DNA from: an uncultured Bacilli bacterium
GTDB lineage: Bacteria > Bacillota_I > Bacilli_A > RF39 > UBA660
Direction of reading: 5' to 3'
DNA: 60,682 nucleotides
Assembly (NCBI GenBank): GCA_947591505.1
Contig: CANQDM010000002.1
Span: 1-60,682 of the forward strand
Made by a program: the position numbers and the translations under genes. Below, one piece after another: positions 1 through 10,340 of this stretch. The notes below the pieces were generated by a model. The model had not been told where the DNA came from. It did not search any database and saw nothing but the letters and a program-made list of their open reading frames with translations. Numbering within the stretch: the stretch's first letter is position 1; every line of letters starts with the position of its first letter.

Positions 1-28
1 CATTAGTATTTTCTACTTCTCCATTCAT
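1..28 (-). CDS. 5' end of an unidentified gene running off the left edge (MNGEVENTN...)
   Basis: ATG at 28..26 with AAAGGA 7 nt upstream on the minus strand; only 9 codons visible. Confidence 0.3.
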
Positions 29-68
29 AACAAAATCCTTTCTACTTTTATAAGATAAGTATATATTA

Positions 69-76
69 CCCCCCCC
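69..76. repeat. C8/G8 homopolymer tract (TA-C8-GG) 70 nt beyond the recombinase stop codon
   Basis: Read directly: atatattaCCCCCCCCggtattataa; near-identical TA-C8-AG at 50769..50780. Confidence 0.9.
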
Positions 77-146
77 GGTATTATAAATAGGCCACGAGAT
101 TACTTTCTTTGCTTAATCTTATAAAAATAATAGAAAGGTTAAGAGT

Positions 147-2138
147 TTATGAAGCATATAAATTCCATTTAATTTTAATAGGTCTTTCAGATGTTTCTTT
201 ATTTAGCTTACCAATTTCAATTTTTGAAATAAAAGCATCCAACACAACTTTATTTAATTCTTTTATATCTTTATATTGTTCAAATAATTTTTCTTTATCT
301 AATTGTTTTTCTTTATCAATCATTAAATTATTTATTTCTTCATTTATATCAATTAATCTATCCTCTAATTGACTTATTTGCAAACTATTACTTTCTTTGA
401 TAATATTAAATTCTGAAATATCCAAAGTGCCATTCACTTTATCAGCATAAAGTTGAACTAATATATTTTTCTTGTTTTGAATATCCGATTCAATTTTTGA
501 TTTTTGTTTTTCAAGATTTTTTATATCATTTTCAATATTTGAATAAATATTTTGCAAATAATATTCCTTATTCAATTTGGATAAATTATAATAATTATTA
601 ATTTTATCTTGAATACAATTTAAAACATAACTTTTTAATTCTTCTAAAGCAATAGAATCTCTATTATCACAAATATGTCCATTAGCTGGTGTATTACCTC
701 TACATATCAAATACTCTCTTTTGCCATTTTTTACATTTGAATTATTTTTATAAAATGGTTTTCCACAACAAGAGCAATAAAGTTTTTTTGAAAACAAAGG
801 TAATTCCCCATTTTTTTGTCCTCTAGTTTTAGTGTTTTGTTGAAACAAAGCATTAACAGTATTAAATGTTTCTAAATCTAAGTTGGCTTCATGACAATGT
901 GGAACAATTATCCATTCAGATCTAGGTTTTGGAATAGGCTTTTTATTTTTAAAACTAGTTCTTTCAGTTCTACCTTGAACAAGAGATCCAATTTGAGTTT
1001 CATCAGTAACAATATTCTTTATCATTTGAGAAGTCCACTTTTGTCTATGTGGAATAATTAATATATCACCTTTTGATATTTTATTTGTTTTCAAATTACT
1101 TTCTTCTTTAATTTCTTCTACGGTAACATAAAATTTCTTTGCAATAGATTTTAATGTTTCACCTTCTTCAACTTCATATCTGATGCATTTAATATGTTCT
1201 CTTCTTCTTACCTTTATTCCTTTTGCATCTTTATAGTCAGCAGGTGTCAAAATTCTTTTTGCCATTAAAACATTAATTACTGTTTTCATACTTTTGCCAT
1301 GAGATAGCATTCCTGCCATTAGTTGAATTACTGGTCTAACTTCTAAATCTGGAATAAGGTGATGTTTGTCTTTTGGATCAATTATATAGCCATATGGAGC
1401 AAAACTTCCTACAAATTCGCCATTCTTCATCATTGAATTAAGTGTTGCTCTTGTATTCTTTGATGTATCTTCAACATACCATTCATTTACAAGTCCATTT
1501 ATTTGTCTTGATTTCTTATTTTCTGCTACGGCTGTGTCTGAATTGTCAACTAATCCTAAAAATCTAACATTCCACTCTGGAAAACATTTGTGCAAATATT
1601 TCTCTACCATTTCCATTGAACGAGTAAATCTTGATTGACTTTTACAAAGAACTATTTCAGTATTGCCAACTTCAGCAAACCGAATTGATTTTAACCATTC
1701 TGGTCTATTATCATCTACTCCACTAATATCTTCTTCACAAAATATTCCAACAACTAACCAATCTCTTTTTTCACACTCATCTAATAAATAAAGTAACTGA
1801 TTTTTAATACTACCAGATACATCACCATTTTCTAAATCTCCATCTTCAACTGATAGTCTTATATAAAGAATTACTCTAAATTTTTCACCTGGTTTAACAA
1901 CTTTTCTTACAATATGTTGTGGTTTCTTAAAGCAATTAGGATCATCCTTTTTTGTAATTCCTAAGAGTTGTTTTACATTAGCTGAAACATATCTTAATTC
2001 ACTTTCATTTAGAAGTTGTTTAATTCGTTTTAATTGTACTTTTTCATTTGTGTTTTCTTCTAATTCTTCTTTATTTGCATTTTTAGTAATATTATTATAA
2101 CTAGTATATTCACCATCCTTTATTACATTTAATATCAC
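147..2138 (-). CDS. large serine recombinase (candidate ICE integrase) with an internal LysM-like insert
   Basis: Resolvase catalytic-Ser motif VILYIRLSVEDGD (Ser96); Cys-rich zinc ribbon CSCCGKPF...ICRGN...HICDN; long C-terminal coiled coil; GTG start with AAGGAGA 8 nt upstream. Confidence 0.9.
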   Translation of the reverse strand: MILNVIKDGEYTSYNNITKNANKEELEENTNEKVQLKRIKQLLNESELRYVSANVKQLLGITKKDDPNCFKKPQHIVRKVVKPGEKFRVILYIRLSVEDGDLENGDVSGSIKNQLLYLLDECEKRDWLVVGIFCEEDISGVDDNRPEWLKSIRFAEVGNTEIVLCKSQSRFTRSMEMVEKYLHKCFPEWNVRFLGLVDNSDTAVAENKKSRQINGLVNEWYVEDTSKNTRATLNSMMKNGEFVGSFAPYGYIIDPKDKHHLIPDLEVRPVIQLMAGMLSHGKSMKTVINVLMAKRILTPADYKDAKGIKVRRREHIKCIRYEVEEGETLKSIAKKFYVTVEEIKEESNLKTNKISKGDILIIPHRQKWTSQMIKNIVTDETQIGSLVQGRTERTSFKNKKPIPKPRSEWIIVPHCHEANLDLETFNTVNALFQQNTKTRGQKNGELPLFSKKLYCSCCGKPFYKNNSNVKNGKREYLICRGNTPANGHICDNRDSIALEELKSYVLNCIQDKINNYYNLSKLNKEYYLQNIYSNIENDIKNLEKQKSKIESDIQNKKNILVQLYADKVNGTLDISEFNIIKESNSLQISQLEDRLIDINEEINNLMIDKEKQLDKEKLFEQYKDIKELNKVVLDAFISKIEIGKLNKETSERPIKIKWNLYAS

Positions 2139-2218
2139 TTATTTACTCTCCTTATAGTTATTTAAAAACTATATGCTCAATAAACAAATGATATATGTAT
2201 AATAATATCCTACTTGCA

Positions 2219-2422
2219 TTATACCACACCTTTTTTTAATTTGCAGTGGTTATTTGCATTTTTTCCATTTTCTATATAACTTGCAGGATTATGCTCTAAT
2301 TCAATAATGACATATGCCAATTTTTTATTTATTAAATCACCTATCTCTTCTTCTGATAACATAGGATCAATTTCTTCAGTTAATTTCCATTTATATTTTT
2401 TTATATTGATTTCTTTATTCAC
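2219..2422 (-). CDS. hypothetical small protein (67 aa)
   Basis: ORF tiling in the co-directional operon; no recognisable motif. Confidence 0.4.
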   Translation of the reverse strand: MNKEINIKKYKWKLTEEIDPMLSEEEIGDLINKKLAYVIIELEHNPASYIENGKNANNHCKLKKGVV

Positions 2423-2445
2423 ACATACCCCCTTTAACTATTATA

Positions 2446-3039
2446 CTAATATTTCATTTGATTAATTTGTTTACCAACTAAAACCACTTGATAACCTTTA
2501 TGGCTCTGATTACAAGTGATTAAAGTTATGTACCTTTCTTTATCAGTTATTATTACACTAGCTTTTCCTGTTTTTTCTATATCATATTTATCAAATATCT
2601 CGTATTCGTATTTTATACCATTATAATAAATATAAACCTTGTCATTGATATTAACTTTGACAAGGTTTTTAAAAAATGCAATTTTACTATTTCCTGAATG
2701 TGCATACAAAATAAAATTACCATTTGTATCTGGATATTTGCTAATATTATCAACACTTATTGCGTATTTAATAGAAGCAAAATTTTTAGTATTATCAACT
2801 ACACCTCTTTTTAAATTAATTGTTGGAATTTCTAATATTGCTGTATAATTTATATCTTTAGCATTTGATTTTTTAGGCTTTTCATTATCACTTTTATTAT
2901 TATTAATTACTGTTGTTTCAGTAATATAATTATTAACTTCCATATTTTCTCGTATTTCTAAAATAAATTTAGTAAAGAAGTATAAAAATATAAAAGTTAA
3001 ATTAACTATTAATATTATTATAGATATTTTTTTAATCAT
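2446..3039 (-). CDS. sortase-family transpeptidase
   Basis: N-terminal TM helix, catalytic His context ILYAHSG and TLxTC motif ITLITCN. Confidence 0.8.
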   Translation of the reverse strand: MIKKISIIILIVNLTFIFLYFFTKFILEIRENMEVNNYITETTVINNNKSDNEKPKKSNAKDINYTAILEIPTINLKRGVVDNTKNFASIKYAISVDNISKYPDTNGNFILYAHSGNSKIAFFKNLVKVNINDKVYIYYNGIKYEYEIFDKYDIEKTGKASVIITDKERYITLITCNQSHKGYQVVLVGKQINQMKY

Positions 3040-5318
3040 AAGACATTCTCCTTCGTATTTTCATAAATCATAATTTGAGTAGTATATTTTTTATCATTTC
3101 TTGATACCACAAAACTATAATTTCTTTTATCAAATTTTTCTATATTTTCTATTATGTTATCTGGTAAATACATATCTAATTCAATTAAATATACATTTTT
3201 ATTTATTGTTATAATCTTTGCTTTCATACCTAGCAATACTTCTTGTATAAACTTATAAACAATATCATTTGGTATTCTAATATTTTCATTTCTTATATTT
3301 CTACTTTCTTGATGAACAGCTCTTTCAAAACCTTTTTGAATACTATTTTTTTCAACTGCCATTTTAGTATTTTCTTTATTTTCTACTACCTTCATTAAAG
3401 TTTCAACAGTATAGTAATTTTCTGTTAGCCTTTTTAAAATTTTAGTTTCTCTTTGCAAAATAGGATAATTTTTAAACTGCGGATAAATATCACTATATAA
3501 ATATGTATCTCTAAAAATTGGATTACCGAAAGTAGGGAAAATAATTGTTTTATATTTTAAACCTATTATTTCATTTGCTGTTAATAATTCTTTACCCATT
3601 AATGATTTAGTTTGATTCGCTCCAATTTTAAATGGATCTGTACTCATACTCATTGAATTTGTTTCTATTGTTGATTTTCCCAATTTCTTCGCAATTACTT
3701 CGGCTGTTTCAACCGTATTAGTTTTTAAATAAACTAACGCACAGTTATCTTGAATGATGTTAGCTATTTCTTTACCATATACTTGATTCAACTGACTAAA
3801 TGATTGAATAAAAAAATAAAATCTCATACCTCTACTTCTAGCAACAGATACTACTGTTTCTATTGCATCTAATGGAGGACAATTAGCAAACTCATCAAGT
3901 ATCCAATCAACTTTTACAGGAAGCATACCTTTATTTTCTTCTAAATTAGCAAATTTAGTTAAGTCTTTAATTAGCATACCAACTATAATTGTAACTAATT
4001 GAAAGTATGCCCTATCTTCATCTGGAACAATAATGTATAAAGCTGTTGGTTTCTTTCCAATATTTGTAAAATTAAATTCACTGACACTAGTAATATTTTC
4101 AACATTTAAGTCATCAAAGATAGACATTTTTTCGCCAAATACTGCTGTAATTGATTTATAAGTGTTTTCTGCAGATGACAAAATTGATGTTAAATAATCT
4201 TTTGATAAACTTCCATAAGGTCTTGAATTTAAATTTCTTTGTAAAAAAGTATGATTATCTTTAATTAATGAAGATGTTTGAAATTTTTTAACACTTGAAA
4301 TATTTATTTTAGATTCATTTATTAATCCTTCTTTATAATCTTCTAAAAAAATGCCGACAATTCCTACGAACAACTGCTTAGAACTGTTTAGCCAGAACGG
4401 GTCCTTGGACTCTTTTTCTGTAAAAATTAAATTTGCTAAAGATATAACTAATCTATTTGTTTCAGCTTGATGCTTTGAACTTAAATTTTGATTATTCTTA
4501 ATTTCTTCTAACAATTCATCATTATTTTTATTTTCTAAAAATTCTTTTAAATCATTACCACTATAGTTATCTATAAAATCAATATCATACATTTTTTTAC
4601 TTCTGATTCCTTTTGAAATTAATTCTTGATTATTTTTAATTACTTCAACAATGTAATTCTCTAAATTATATTTATTTTTTACTTGTTGCATATATTTATC
4701 AGAAGAAAACATTCTATTAACTGAAACTTTATTTACCTTTAAAAAATGAGTTAAAAAGAACATCATCTTTTTATTATATAGACAATGTTCTTTCCACTCA
4801 TCAATAATTGGTTGCATAATATTTATTTTATTTGATTGTGCAGGATTTCTAAAATCTATTGTAACGACATCATATCCATTATCTTTAAAAATTTTACCAG
4901 TTGCATTAAATAATTCTGCTTTTGGATCAGTTAAGACCACTGAATGTTTTTCTTTTGCGGTTGCAAAATGAATACTCATATTTAGAGAAACTGTTGCAGA
5001 TTTACCAGATCCAGTAGAGCCTACTAATAAAAAGTGTGGTGATTTATTATCAAAATAAACATTTTCAAATTTACCACCAATTTTTTCATACCATACTGGG
5101 AATCCAACTTTATTAATATTATTAATTTTTTCTTTATCAAAATTGCCTTTTATTTCTTTTAAATCAGCAAATTTACTGCTTCCATGCTCATTTTTATTAG
5201 ATAATTTTCTCTTTGCAATTCGTGGCTCAACTAATAAAAGAAAAATAATTAAACTAATAACTATTATTAATAAAATAAACATTGGATATGACATTGGATC
5301 AAATTTTATACTATCCAT
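3036..5318 (-). CDS. type IV coupling protein (VirD4/TraG family)
   Basis: N-terminal TM segment, Walker A VGSTGSGKS, Walker B-like WILDEF; 760 aa; 4-nt overlap with downstream gene. Confidence 0.85.
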   Translation of the reverse strand: MDSIKFDPMSYPMFILLIIVISLIIFLLLVEPRIAKRKLSNKNEHGSSKFADLKEIKGNFDKEKINNINKVGFPVWYEKIGGKFENVYFDNKSPHFLLVGSTGSGKSATVSLNMSIHFATAKEKHSVVLTDPKAELFNATGKIFKDNGYDVVTIDFRNPAQSNKINIMQPIIDEWKEHCLYNKKMMFFLTHFLKVNKVSVNRMFSSDKYMQQVKNKYNLENYIVEVIKNNQELISKGIRSKKMYDIDFIDNYSGNDLKEFLENKNNDELLEEIKNNQNLSSKHQAETNRLVISLANLIFTEKESKDPFWLNSSKQLFVGIVGIFLEDYKEGLINESKINISSVKKFQTSSLIKDNHTFLQRNLNSRPYGSLSKDYLTSILSSAENTYKSITAVFGEKMSIFDDLNVENITSVSEFNFTNIGKKPTALYIIVPDEDRAYFQLVTIIVGMLIKDLTKFANLEENKGMLPVKVDWILDEFANCPPLDAIETVVSVARSRGMRFYFFIQSFSQLNQVYGKEIANIIQDNCALVYLKTNTVETAEVIAKKLGKSTIETNSMSMSTDPFKIGANQTKSLMGKELLTANEIIGLKYKTIIFPTFGNPIFRDTYLYSDIYPQFKNYPILQRETKILKRLTENYYTVETLMKVVENKENTKMAVEKNSIQKGFERAVHQESRNIRNENIRIPNDIVYKFIQEVLLGMKAKIITINKNVYLIELDMYLPDNIIENIEKFDKRNYSFVVSRNDKKYTTQIMIYENTKENVL

Positions 5319-5716
5319 TATATATCAATTGTTTCTTCCTTTTCAGAATTAAAATAACTTGGTATTAAAATTCCTGAAAATTCCATTGCTCTTATTAATG
5401 TACAATCTTTTGGTAAATGTAAATCTCTTTCAATTTTAAATCCATATGGTAATTTTATACTTTCTAATTCAGACAGCATTACATACCCAAGTTCAGCCCA
5501 ATTATTATCTCCTAAATGACAATATCCAAACATTTTATAATCACCATTGTCTAATTTGTTACCTTCTGTAATAAGCCATGTACCAACACCCATAGGATTA
5601 AAATACTTTACTATAACTTTAGAATCTCCCAATAATCCATCTTGACTACCTAGTGGATATTTTTTAAATTTTTCTTCTAATTCCTTTGTCATAAGTTTCA
5701 TATTATTTAACTCCAT
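5318..5716 (-). CDS. conserved conjugative-element protein, DUF2958-like
   Basis: Pattern KYFNPMGVGTWLITEG...GYCHLGD..AELGYVMLSELE...ERDLH resembles DUF2958; judged from memory of the family only. Confidence 0.45.
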   Translation of the reverse strand: MELNNMKLMTKELEEKFKKYPLGSQDGLLGDSKVIVKYFNPMGVGTWLITEGNKLDNGDYKMFGYCHLGDNNWAELGYVMLSELESIKLPYGFKIERDLHLPKDCTLIRAMEFSGILIPSYFNSEKEETIDI

Positions 5717-5717
5717 A

Positions 5718-5969
5718 TTACAAAAATTTTTCTACTTCAGGTGCTTCTCTCAAACCTTTTTCAATTTCTATTTTATCTTCAATTGCTTCTAATTTTTTAA
5801 CAAAACTTTTATTAAAAATTTTGGTTTGATTATAAAATATACATTTTTTGATTTCTTCTAGTCTTTCATCACTAACCCATTCAATAGGAATATCCATAAC
5901 TTCTTTCACTAAAATAGTAGCAAACATATCGAAATATTTTTCCATTGCTGCTCGTTTCGATTCTAACAT
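5718..5969 (-). CDS. hypothetical protein (83 aa)
   Basis: Tightly tiled minus-strand ORF. Confidence 0.45.
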   Translation of the reverse strand: MLESKRAAMEKYFDMFATILVKEVMDIPIEWVSDERLEEIKKCIFYNQTKIFNKSFVKKLEAIEDKIEIEKGLREAPEVEKFL

Positions 5970-5985
5970 TCTTACCTCTTTCTAT

Positions 5986-6348
5986 TTATTCTAATTCTTT
6001 ATCAGCTTCTATTTCATGATTTTCAACATAATCGGCTATATATGTCCTTAAACAACTTTTAATATTCTCTACTGTATCACAAGCATATCTACATTCTTTA
6101 TTATTATCTTGATTTATGGTTAAAATTTCATTTTTAGGATTATAACTTATACTAATATTAATTGGCTCATTTAAAGCTTTACTATATAAATTATTAAAAC
6201 TCGTTTCACAATAATCACTTGAATCTAATACGATTTCTTCATTATTATATTTCTCTCTAACCTTGTCTATTGCTTCATCAATATTGTTAGCATCAATACT
6301 AATAACTCTTCTAAGAATTTCTTCAATTTCTATATCATATTTTTTCAT
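5986..6348 (-). CDS. hypothetical; resembles DpnD/PcfM-type small conjugative-element proteins
   Basis: N-terminus KKYDIEIEEILRRVISIDANNIDEAIDKVREKYNNEEIVLDSSDY matches the remembered DpnD/PcfM pattern. Confidence 0.4.
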   Translation of the reverse strand: MKKYDIEIEEILRRVISIDANNIDEAIDKVREKYNNEEIVLDSSDYCETSFNNLYSKALNEPINISISYNPKNEILTINQDNNKECRYACDTVENIKSCLRTYIADYVENHEIEADKELE

Positions 6349-6359
6349 AAGTTTATTAT

Positions 6360-6950
6360 CTACATCCCAATTTCATAATCATCACTATCTGATTCATAAC
6401 TACTATTATAATTGTCTTCAAAAGAGTTCTTATTTTGTTCAGCATTGTTTTTAATACGATTTAATTCTCTTGATTCTTGATTTTCAAGATGATTTGAAAT
6501 TTCCATATATTCAGCTTGGATATCTTTATCATACATAGCTTTGTTAAATTCATTACTAATATCTTGATTAAAGAAACGGAATCCTTTTTTTTCTAATCTT
6601 TGTTTTTCTTGAATGTATGAATAAGTATGGTTTATAGCAATAACTTCTGGTATTCTCAAATCTTTAGGATTTAAATTATTATCCATACAAATAAGAGCTT
6701 GATAAAATAATTGCTCATTATCTTTTCTTAATTCATTTAATTGACTATACATAATACTTAAAAATTGTCTGTTTACTGACTCAGATATTGCTTTTTCTAT
6801 AACTTGTCCTAACTCTTTTTCAAAATGATTAGCAGGTACAATAGTTGGTTGATTTGTTTCTGGATTAGGATATTTATAGGTTATATCTGATAATGTTTTT
6901 GCTAACTCTTTTGGTTTTTGTTGTAATAATTCATCATATACAGTTCTCAT
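6360..6950 (-). CDS. hypothetical protein with acidic C-terminus
   Basis: 196-aa ORF ending SYESDSDDYEIGM; tiled in operon. Confidence 0.45.
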   Translation of the reverse strand: MRTVYDELLQQKPKELAKTLSDITYKYPNPETNQPTIVPANHFEKELGQVIEKAISESVNRQFLSIMYSQLNELRKDNEQLFYQALICMDNNLNPKDLRIPEVIAINHTYSYIQEKQRLEKKGFRFFNQDISNEFNKAMYDKDIQAEYMEISNHLENQESRELNRIKNNAEQNKNSFEDNYNSSYESDSDDYEIGM

Positions 6951-7006
6951 TTAATATCATCTCCTCTCTTTCTTATTAATTCTTTTAAATAATCAATATT
7001 CATAAT

Positions 7007-8197
7007 TTATATTTCCATTTCTATATCTTCAATAAGATTCTCTTTTTCTATTCCAAACTTATCTTTAAAAAGTTGATACATTTTTTTGCTAACATCTTCA
7101 TCAGTCATATTTAAATTAAACCAATCAGCTGAATCTATTTCACTTTCCCAATAATCATTACTATATTTATAACCATACTCAATTTCTGGCTTTCTATCAG
7201 GATAATAATGTAGTTCTACGCAATTTCCAAAGTTCATTATTCTAGCAACTGTATAAGATTCATCTTTTTCTATATCTTCAATACTAGTAACAATATCACC
7301 ATCTAAAAAGCCATGTTGAGGTATTTCATCAACTGATAATTGCGATTCTGTATATCTTAATAATCCTAATGAATCTAATAAATTATCTCTAAGTTCACAA
7401 TATTTATTAAAATATTTTTTATATTTATTATAATCTTTTTTAGGAATATTATATTTTCTTATAAAATTTTCGGCTTTGTTTTTCCAAAATGGATAATCTT
7501 CATCCATTTTAAATAAAGATTTAATAGTCCAACCATTTGCAAATATTTCATTATAGTCCAAAACTTCATCATATAAACTTTTTAAATTTGGTGTAATATA
7601 ATTTTCAATGTATTTTAACATTGCAAAATCACTGCTTTCATAATTAATTCTAAATTCTTTTAAATTAATCTCATACAAAAATTTTTGAGTATAGTCATTT
7701 GTTACCCATTTATAATAAACTTCATCATAACTTTGATTTGTTAAATCGCATAATCTTTTAAAGCATCTTTCTCGCACAATAGTATCTGCATTTCCACCAA
7801 GTAAAGAATAAACATCTCCTTTACCAGAATTTAATAAATTGTTTAAGTCATAAAATGTAACGGAAGGTGAAAGTGTCATTCCAACACTATCATCCGGATA
7901 CTCACTAATATACCAAGCCTTTATAGGTACTTTTAAATAATCTAATGAATCCTTTTCACTAATGCTTTTATTTTTAGAATTAAAAACCCTGTTCCTTAAC
8001 ACTTCTATCTCATCACATTCATATAATCTGTTTTTATATAAAATAAAACACTCATTAGAGTGTGTATCCAATAGATAATCTAATTCTTTTATTGGATAAT
8101 CCCAATTATTAGATTCTTCAGAAGAATCTTCACTATTAGAATATAAATTATCTAAAAATTCTTTTTTTATTTCATTTTCCGAAAAAATTTTAATCAT
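7007..8197 (-). CDS. hypothetical protein (396 aa)
   Basis: Long ORF, no recognised motif. Confidence 0.5.
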   Translation of the reverse strand: MIKIFSENEIKKEFLDNLYSNSEDSSEESNNWDYPIKELDYLLDTHSNECFILYKNRLYECDEIEVLRNRVFNSKNKSISEKDSLDYLKVPIKAWYISEYPDDSVGMTLSPSVTFYDLNNLLNSGKGDVYSLLGGNADTIVRERCFKRLCDLTNQSYDEVYYKWVTNDYTQKFLYEINLKEFRINYESSDFAMLKYIENYITPNLKSLYDEVLDYNEIFANGWTIKSLFKMDEDYPFWKNKAENFIRKYNIPKKDYNKYKKYFNKYCELRDNLLDSLGLLRYTESQLSVDEIPQHGFLDGDIVTSIEDIEKDESYTVARIMNFGNCVELHYYPDRKPEIEYGYKYSNDYWESEIDSADWFNLNMTDEDVSKKMYQLFKDKFGIEKENLIEDIEMEI

Positions 8198-8215
8198 TAT
8201 ATCATCTCCTTTAAA

Positions 8216-9253
8216 TTATAATTCCATTCCTGGTTCTTCATTTAATTCTATTTTTTTTAAATTTAAGTTTTTATTTTCAAATGAGCTTATGACATCATTT
8301 ACTATATCTTTATTTATCTCAAACATAATACAATTACGATTAATTTCTAAAGAAGCTTCACCAATGGAACAAGAACCAGCAAATTGATCTATTACCCTCT
8401 CAAATTCTAATGTAATATATTTTTCTATTTCTTTATATAATTCTTTTGGCTTTTGTGATTGGTGGATTCTATCTTGCTTAGATGGTGGATTATAAACAAA
8501 AGCAGTTGGAAGCATACCATTTGTGCCACTCATATAATGTACAGGAAGATTATTCTTAGTTAATATATTTTTTATTTCTTCAGAGGATAATCCTCTAGGA
8601 TTGATATTAGCTTCAGTTAGTTCCTTTATATTCTTTTTAGTATCTAATCTAAGTTCTCTTGCCTTTCCTTTAGATAAGAATAAAATGTCTTCACAATTAC
8701 TAGCTTTTCTTCCTGTATTATTTACTTGGTTGCCTTTTATCCAACTTACTTTTGCATAATATAAAAATCCTGATTCTTTTGCCATATTTTTAATTCTTGT
8801 TAAATATTCCCAATTTCCGCCAGATTCTTCTGGGAGAAATTCTACTAAAAAAGAGCCTTGTTTTAAAACACGAAACTTTTCTTGAAAATCTCTTTCACTA
8901 TATTGAAAACAGGAATAGGAATTTGTAAAATCCCTATTCCCACCTTTATTAGTTGCTAAATCATACGGATGATCTGTTATTATTGCATCTATTGAATTAT
9001 CTGCAAACATTGATAGATCTCTACCATCTCCATTAATAAGCAAACAATCGCATCCATTCTTTGATGATTTATATACGCCTCTAGCAACTTTTGTAAATAA
9101 GCCTTTATCTATGCCTTCATAAATTCTTGCACGAATAGAAGGTATTTTTACATCTAATGCTGTAACATCTTTAATTACTCTTTCTGCTTCTTTTAAAGTA
9201 AACGATTCACAATCATTAAAATAATCTAATAATGACACTTGTATTGATGCCAT
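8216..9253 (-). CDS. orphan DNA methyltransferase (N6-adenine/N4-cytosine, beta-class order)
   Basis: Motif IV-like IITDHPYD followed by QSQKPKEL and motif I-like VIDQFAGSCSIGEA; no adjacent nuclease recognised. Confidence 0.8.
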   Translation of the reverse strand: MASIQVSLLDYFNDCESFTLKEAERVIKDVTALDVKIPSIRARIYEGIDKGLFTKVARGVYKSSKNGCDCLLINGDGRDLSMFADNSIDAIITDHPYDLATNKGGNRDFTNSYSCFQYSERDFQEKFRVLKQGSFLVEFLPEESGGNWEYLTRIKNMAKESGFLYYAKVSWIKGNQVNNTGRKASNCEDILFLSKGKARELRLDTKKNIKELTEANINPRGLSSEEIKNILTKNNLPVHYMSGTNGMLPTAFVYNPPSKQDRIHQSQKPKELYKEIEKYITLEFERVIDQFAGSCSIGEASLEINRNCIMFEINKDIVNDVISSFENKNLNLKKIELNEEPGMEL

Positions 9254-9254
9254 G

Positions 9255-9611
9255 TTATTTTAATAATTCCATTTCCTGAGCTACTATATCAATTTTATCC
9301 TTAATGGATGATACATATTTATTCACCTTTTCTTGAGCGTTTTTATAATCTTCCGTTTCAATAAGTTCTAGTAAATTATTTGCCTTTTCACCAGTTAATC
9401 GAAGAAAAGGTTTTGAAAATTTAATATTATCTTTAAACATAGATATAATTTCATTTATAACTTTATCATTATCAAATCTATTATGATTGCTTTCTAAAAT
9501 ACCTCCATCTATATTATGCCCTTTATTATTATAAAAAGTAAAATCTACTGCATATCCTCCGTTATAAATATGAAGAATATTATTTTCAGAACTAATAATT
9601 AATTCATCCAT
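9255..9611 (-). CDS. hypothetical protein (118 aa)
   Basis: Tiled ORF. Confidence 0.45.
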   Translation of the reverse strand: MDELIISSENNILHIYNGGYAVDFTFYNNKGHNIDGGILESNHNRFDNDKVINEIISMFKDNIKFSKPFLRLTGEKANNLLELIETEDYKNAQEKVNKYVSSIKDKIDIVAQEMELLK

Positions 9612-9693
9612 TATCTATCAATATCCGCTCTCATTTTTACTAATTTAACTGTTATATTACTATTAGGATATTCCTTGCGCTTTAAGTGTTCTT

Positions 9694-9951
9694 TCATTTT
9701 ACTACCTCATCTTTTTCTAAAGTAAAATCATATAAAAATCTATCTCTCATATCTTCATTATAAATAGAATCATAATCATCTTGAATTTCATAAGCTTTAT
9801 CAATATCTTTTTCAGTTAGATTTTTAATGTCATCAATTCCTTTAATTTCATAAAGAAGAAGTGCTACATAAAATTCTCTACAATATGTATCTTCTTTTAA
9901 ATACTTTAAATGTTTTTCTATTGCCTCTCGATTTAATCCTTGCATTTTCAC
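9694..9951 (-). CDS. hypothetical acidic protein (85 aa)
   Basis: Tiled ORF. Confidence 0.45.
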   Translation of the reverse strand: MKMQGLNREAIEKHLKYLKEDTYCREFYVALLLYEIKGIDDIKNLTEKDIDKAYEIQDDYDSIYNEDMRDRFLYDFTLEKDEVVK

Positions 9952-9964
9952 TCCTCTCTTATTT

Positions 9965-10327
9965 TTATATTTCTAAATCTTTACTTATATTATTATTCTT
10001 TTGATATAATGTGCTGTTAGAATAAAAAGTATCTAATGCATCAGTTGTTAATGGCTCTTCGCCATACCAATTTCTTGATTCTTCTATTGAATTTCCAAAA
10101 GTCATTCCCTTACAAGGTTGATATTCAAAAATAATATAATCTGATACACGATTATTTATTTTTGCTAAATGTTGCCATGCTTCAAAAGTTTTATCATTAT
10201 GAAAAAAATCTTGTAGTCCAAGATCACACATAAAATTATAAAATTTATTAAATTCTGATTTATTTCTTATAATAAATGTATTAACACCACCAAAGAAATC
10301 TAACCACTTTATATCATTTTTATTCAT
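9965..10327 (-). CDS. hypothetical protein (start moved to internal ATG)
   Basis: ATG at 10327 has GGAGGT 6 nt upstream and removes the 74-nt overlap with the upstream gene. Confidence 0.5.
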   Translation of the reverse strand: MNKNDIKWLDFFGGVNTFIIRNKSEFNKFYNFMCDLGLQDFFHNDKTFEAWQHLAKINNRVSDYIIFEYQPCKGMTFGNSIEESRNWYGEEPLTTDALDTFYSNSTLYQKNNNISKDLEI

Positions 10328-10340
10328 ATAGTTACCTCCA

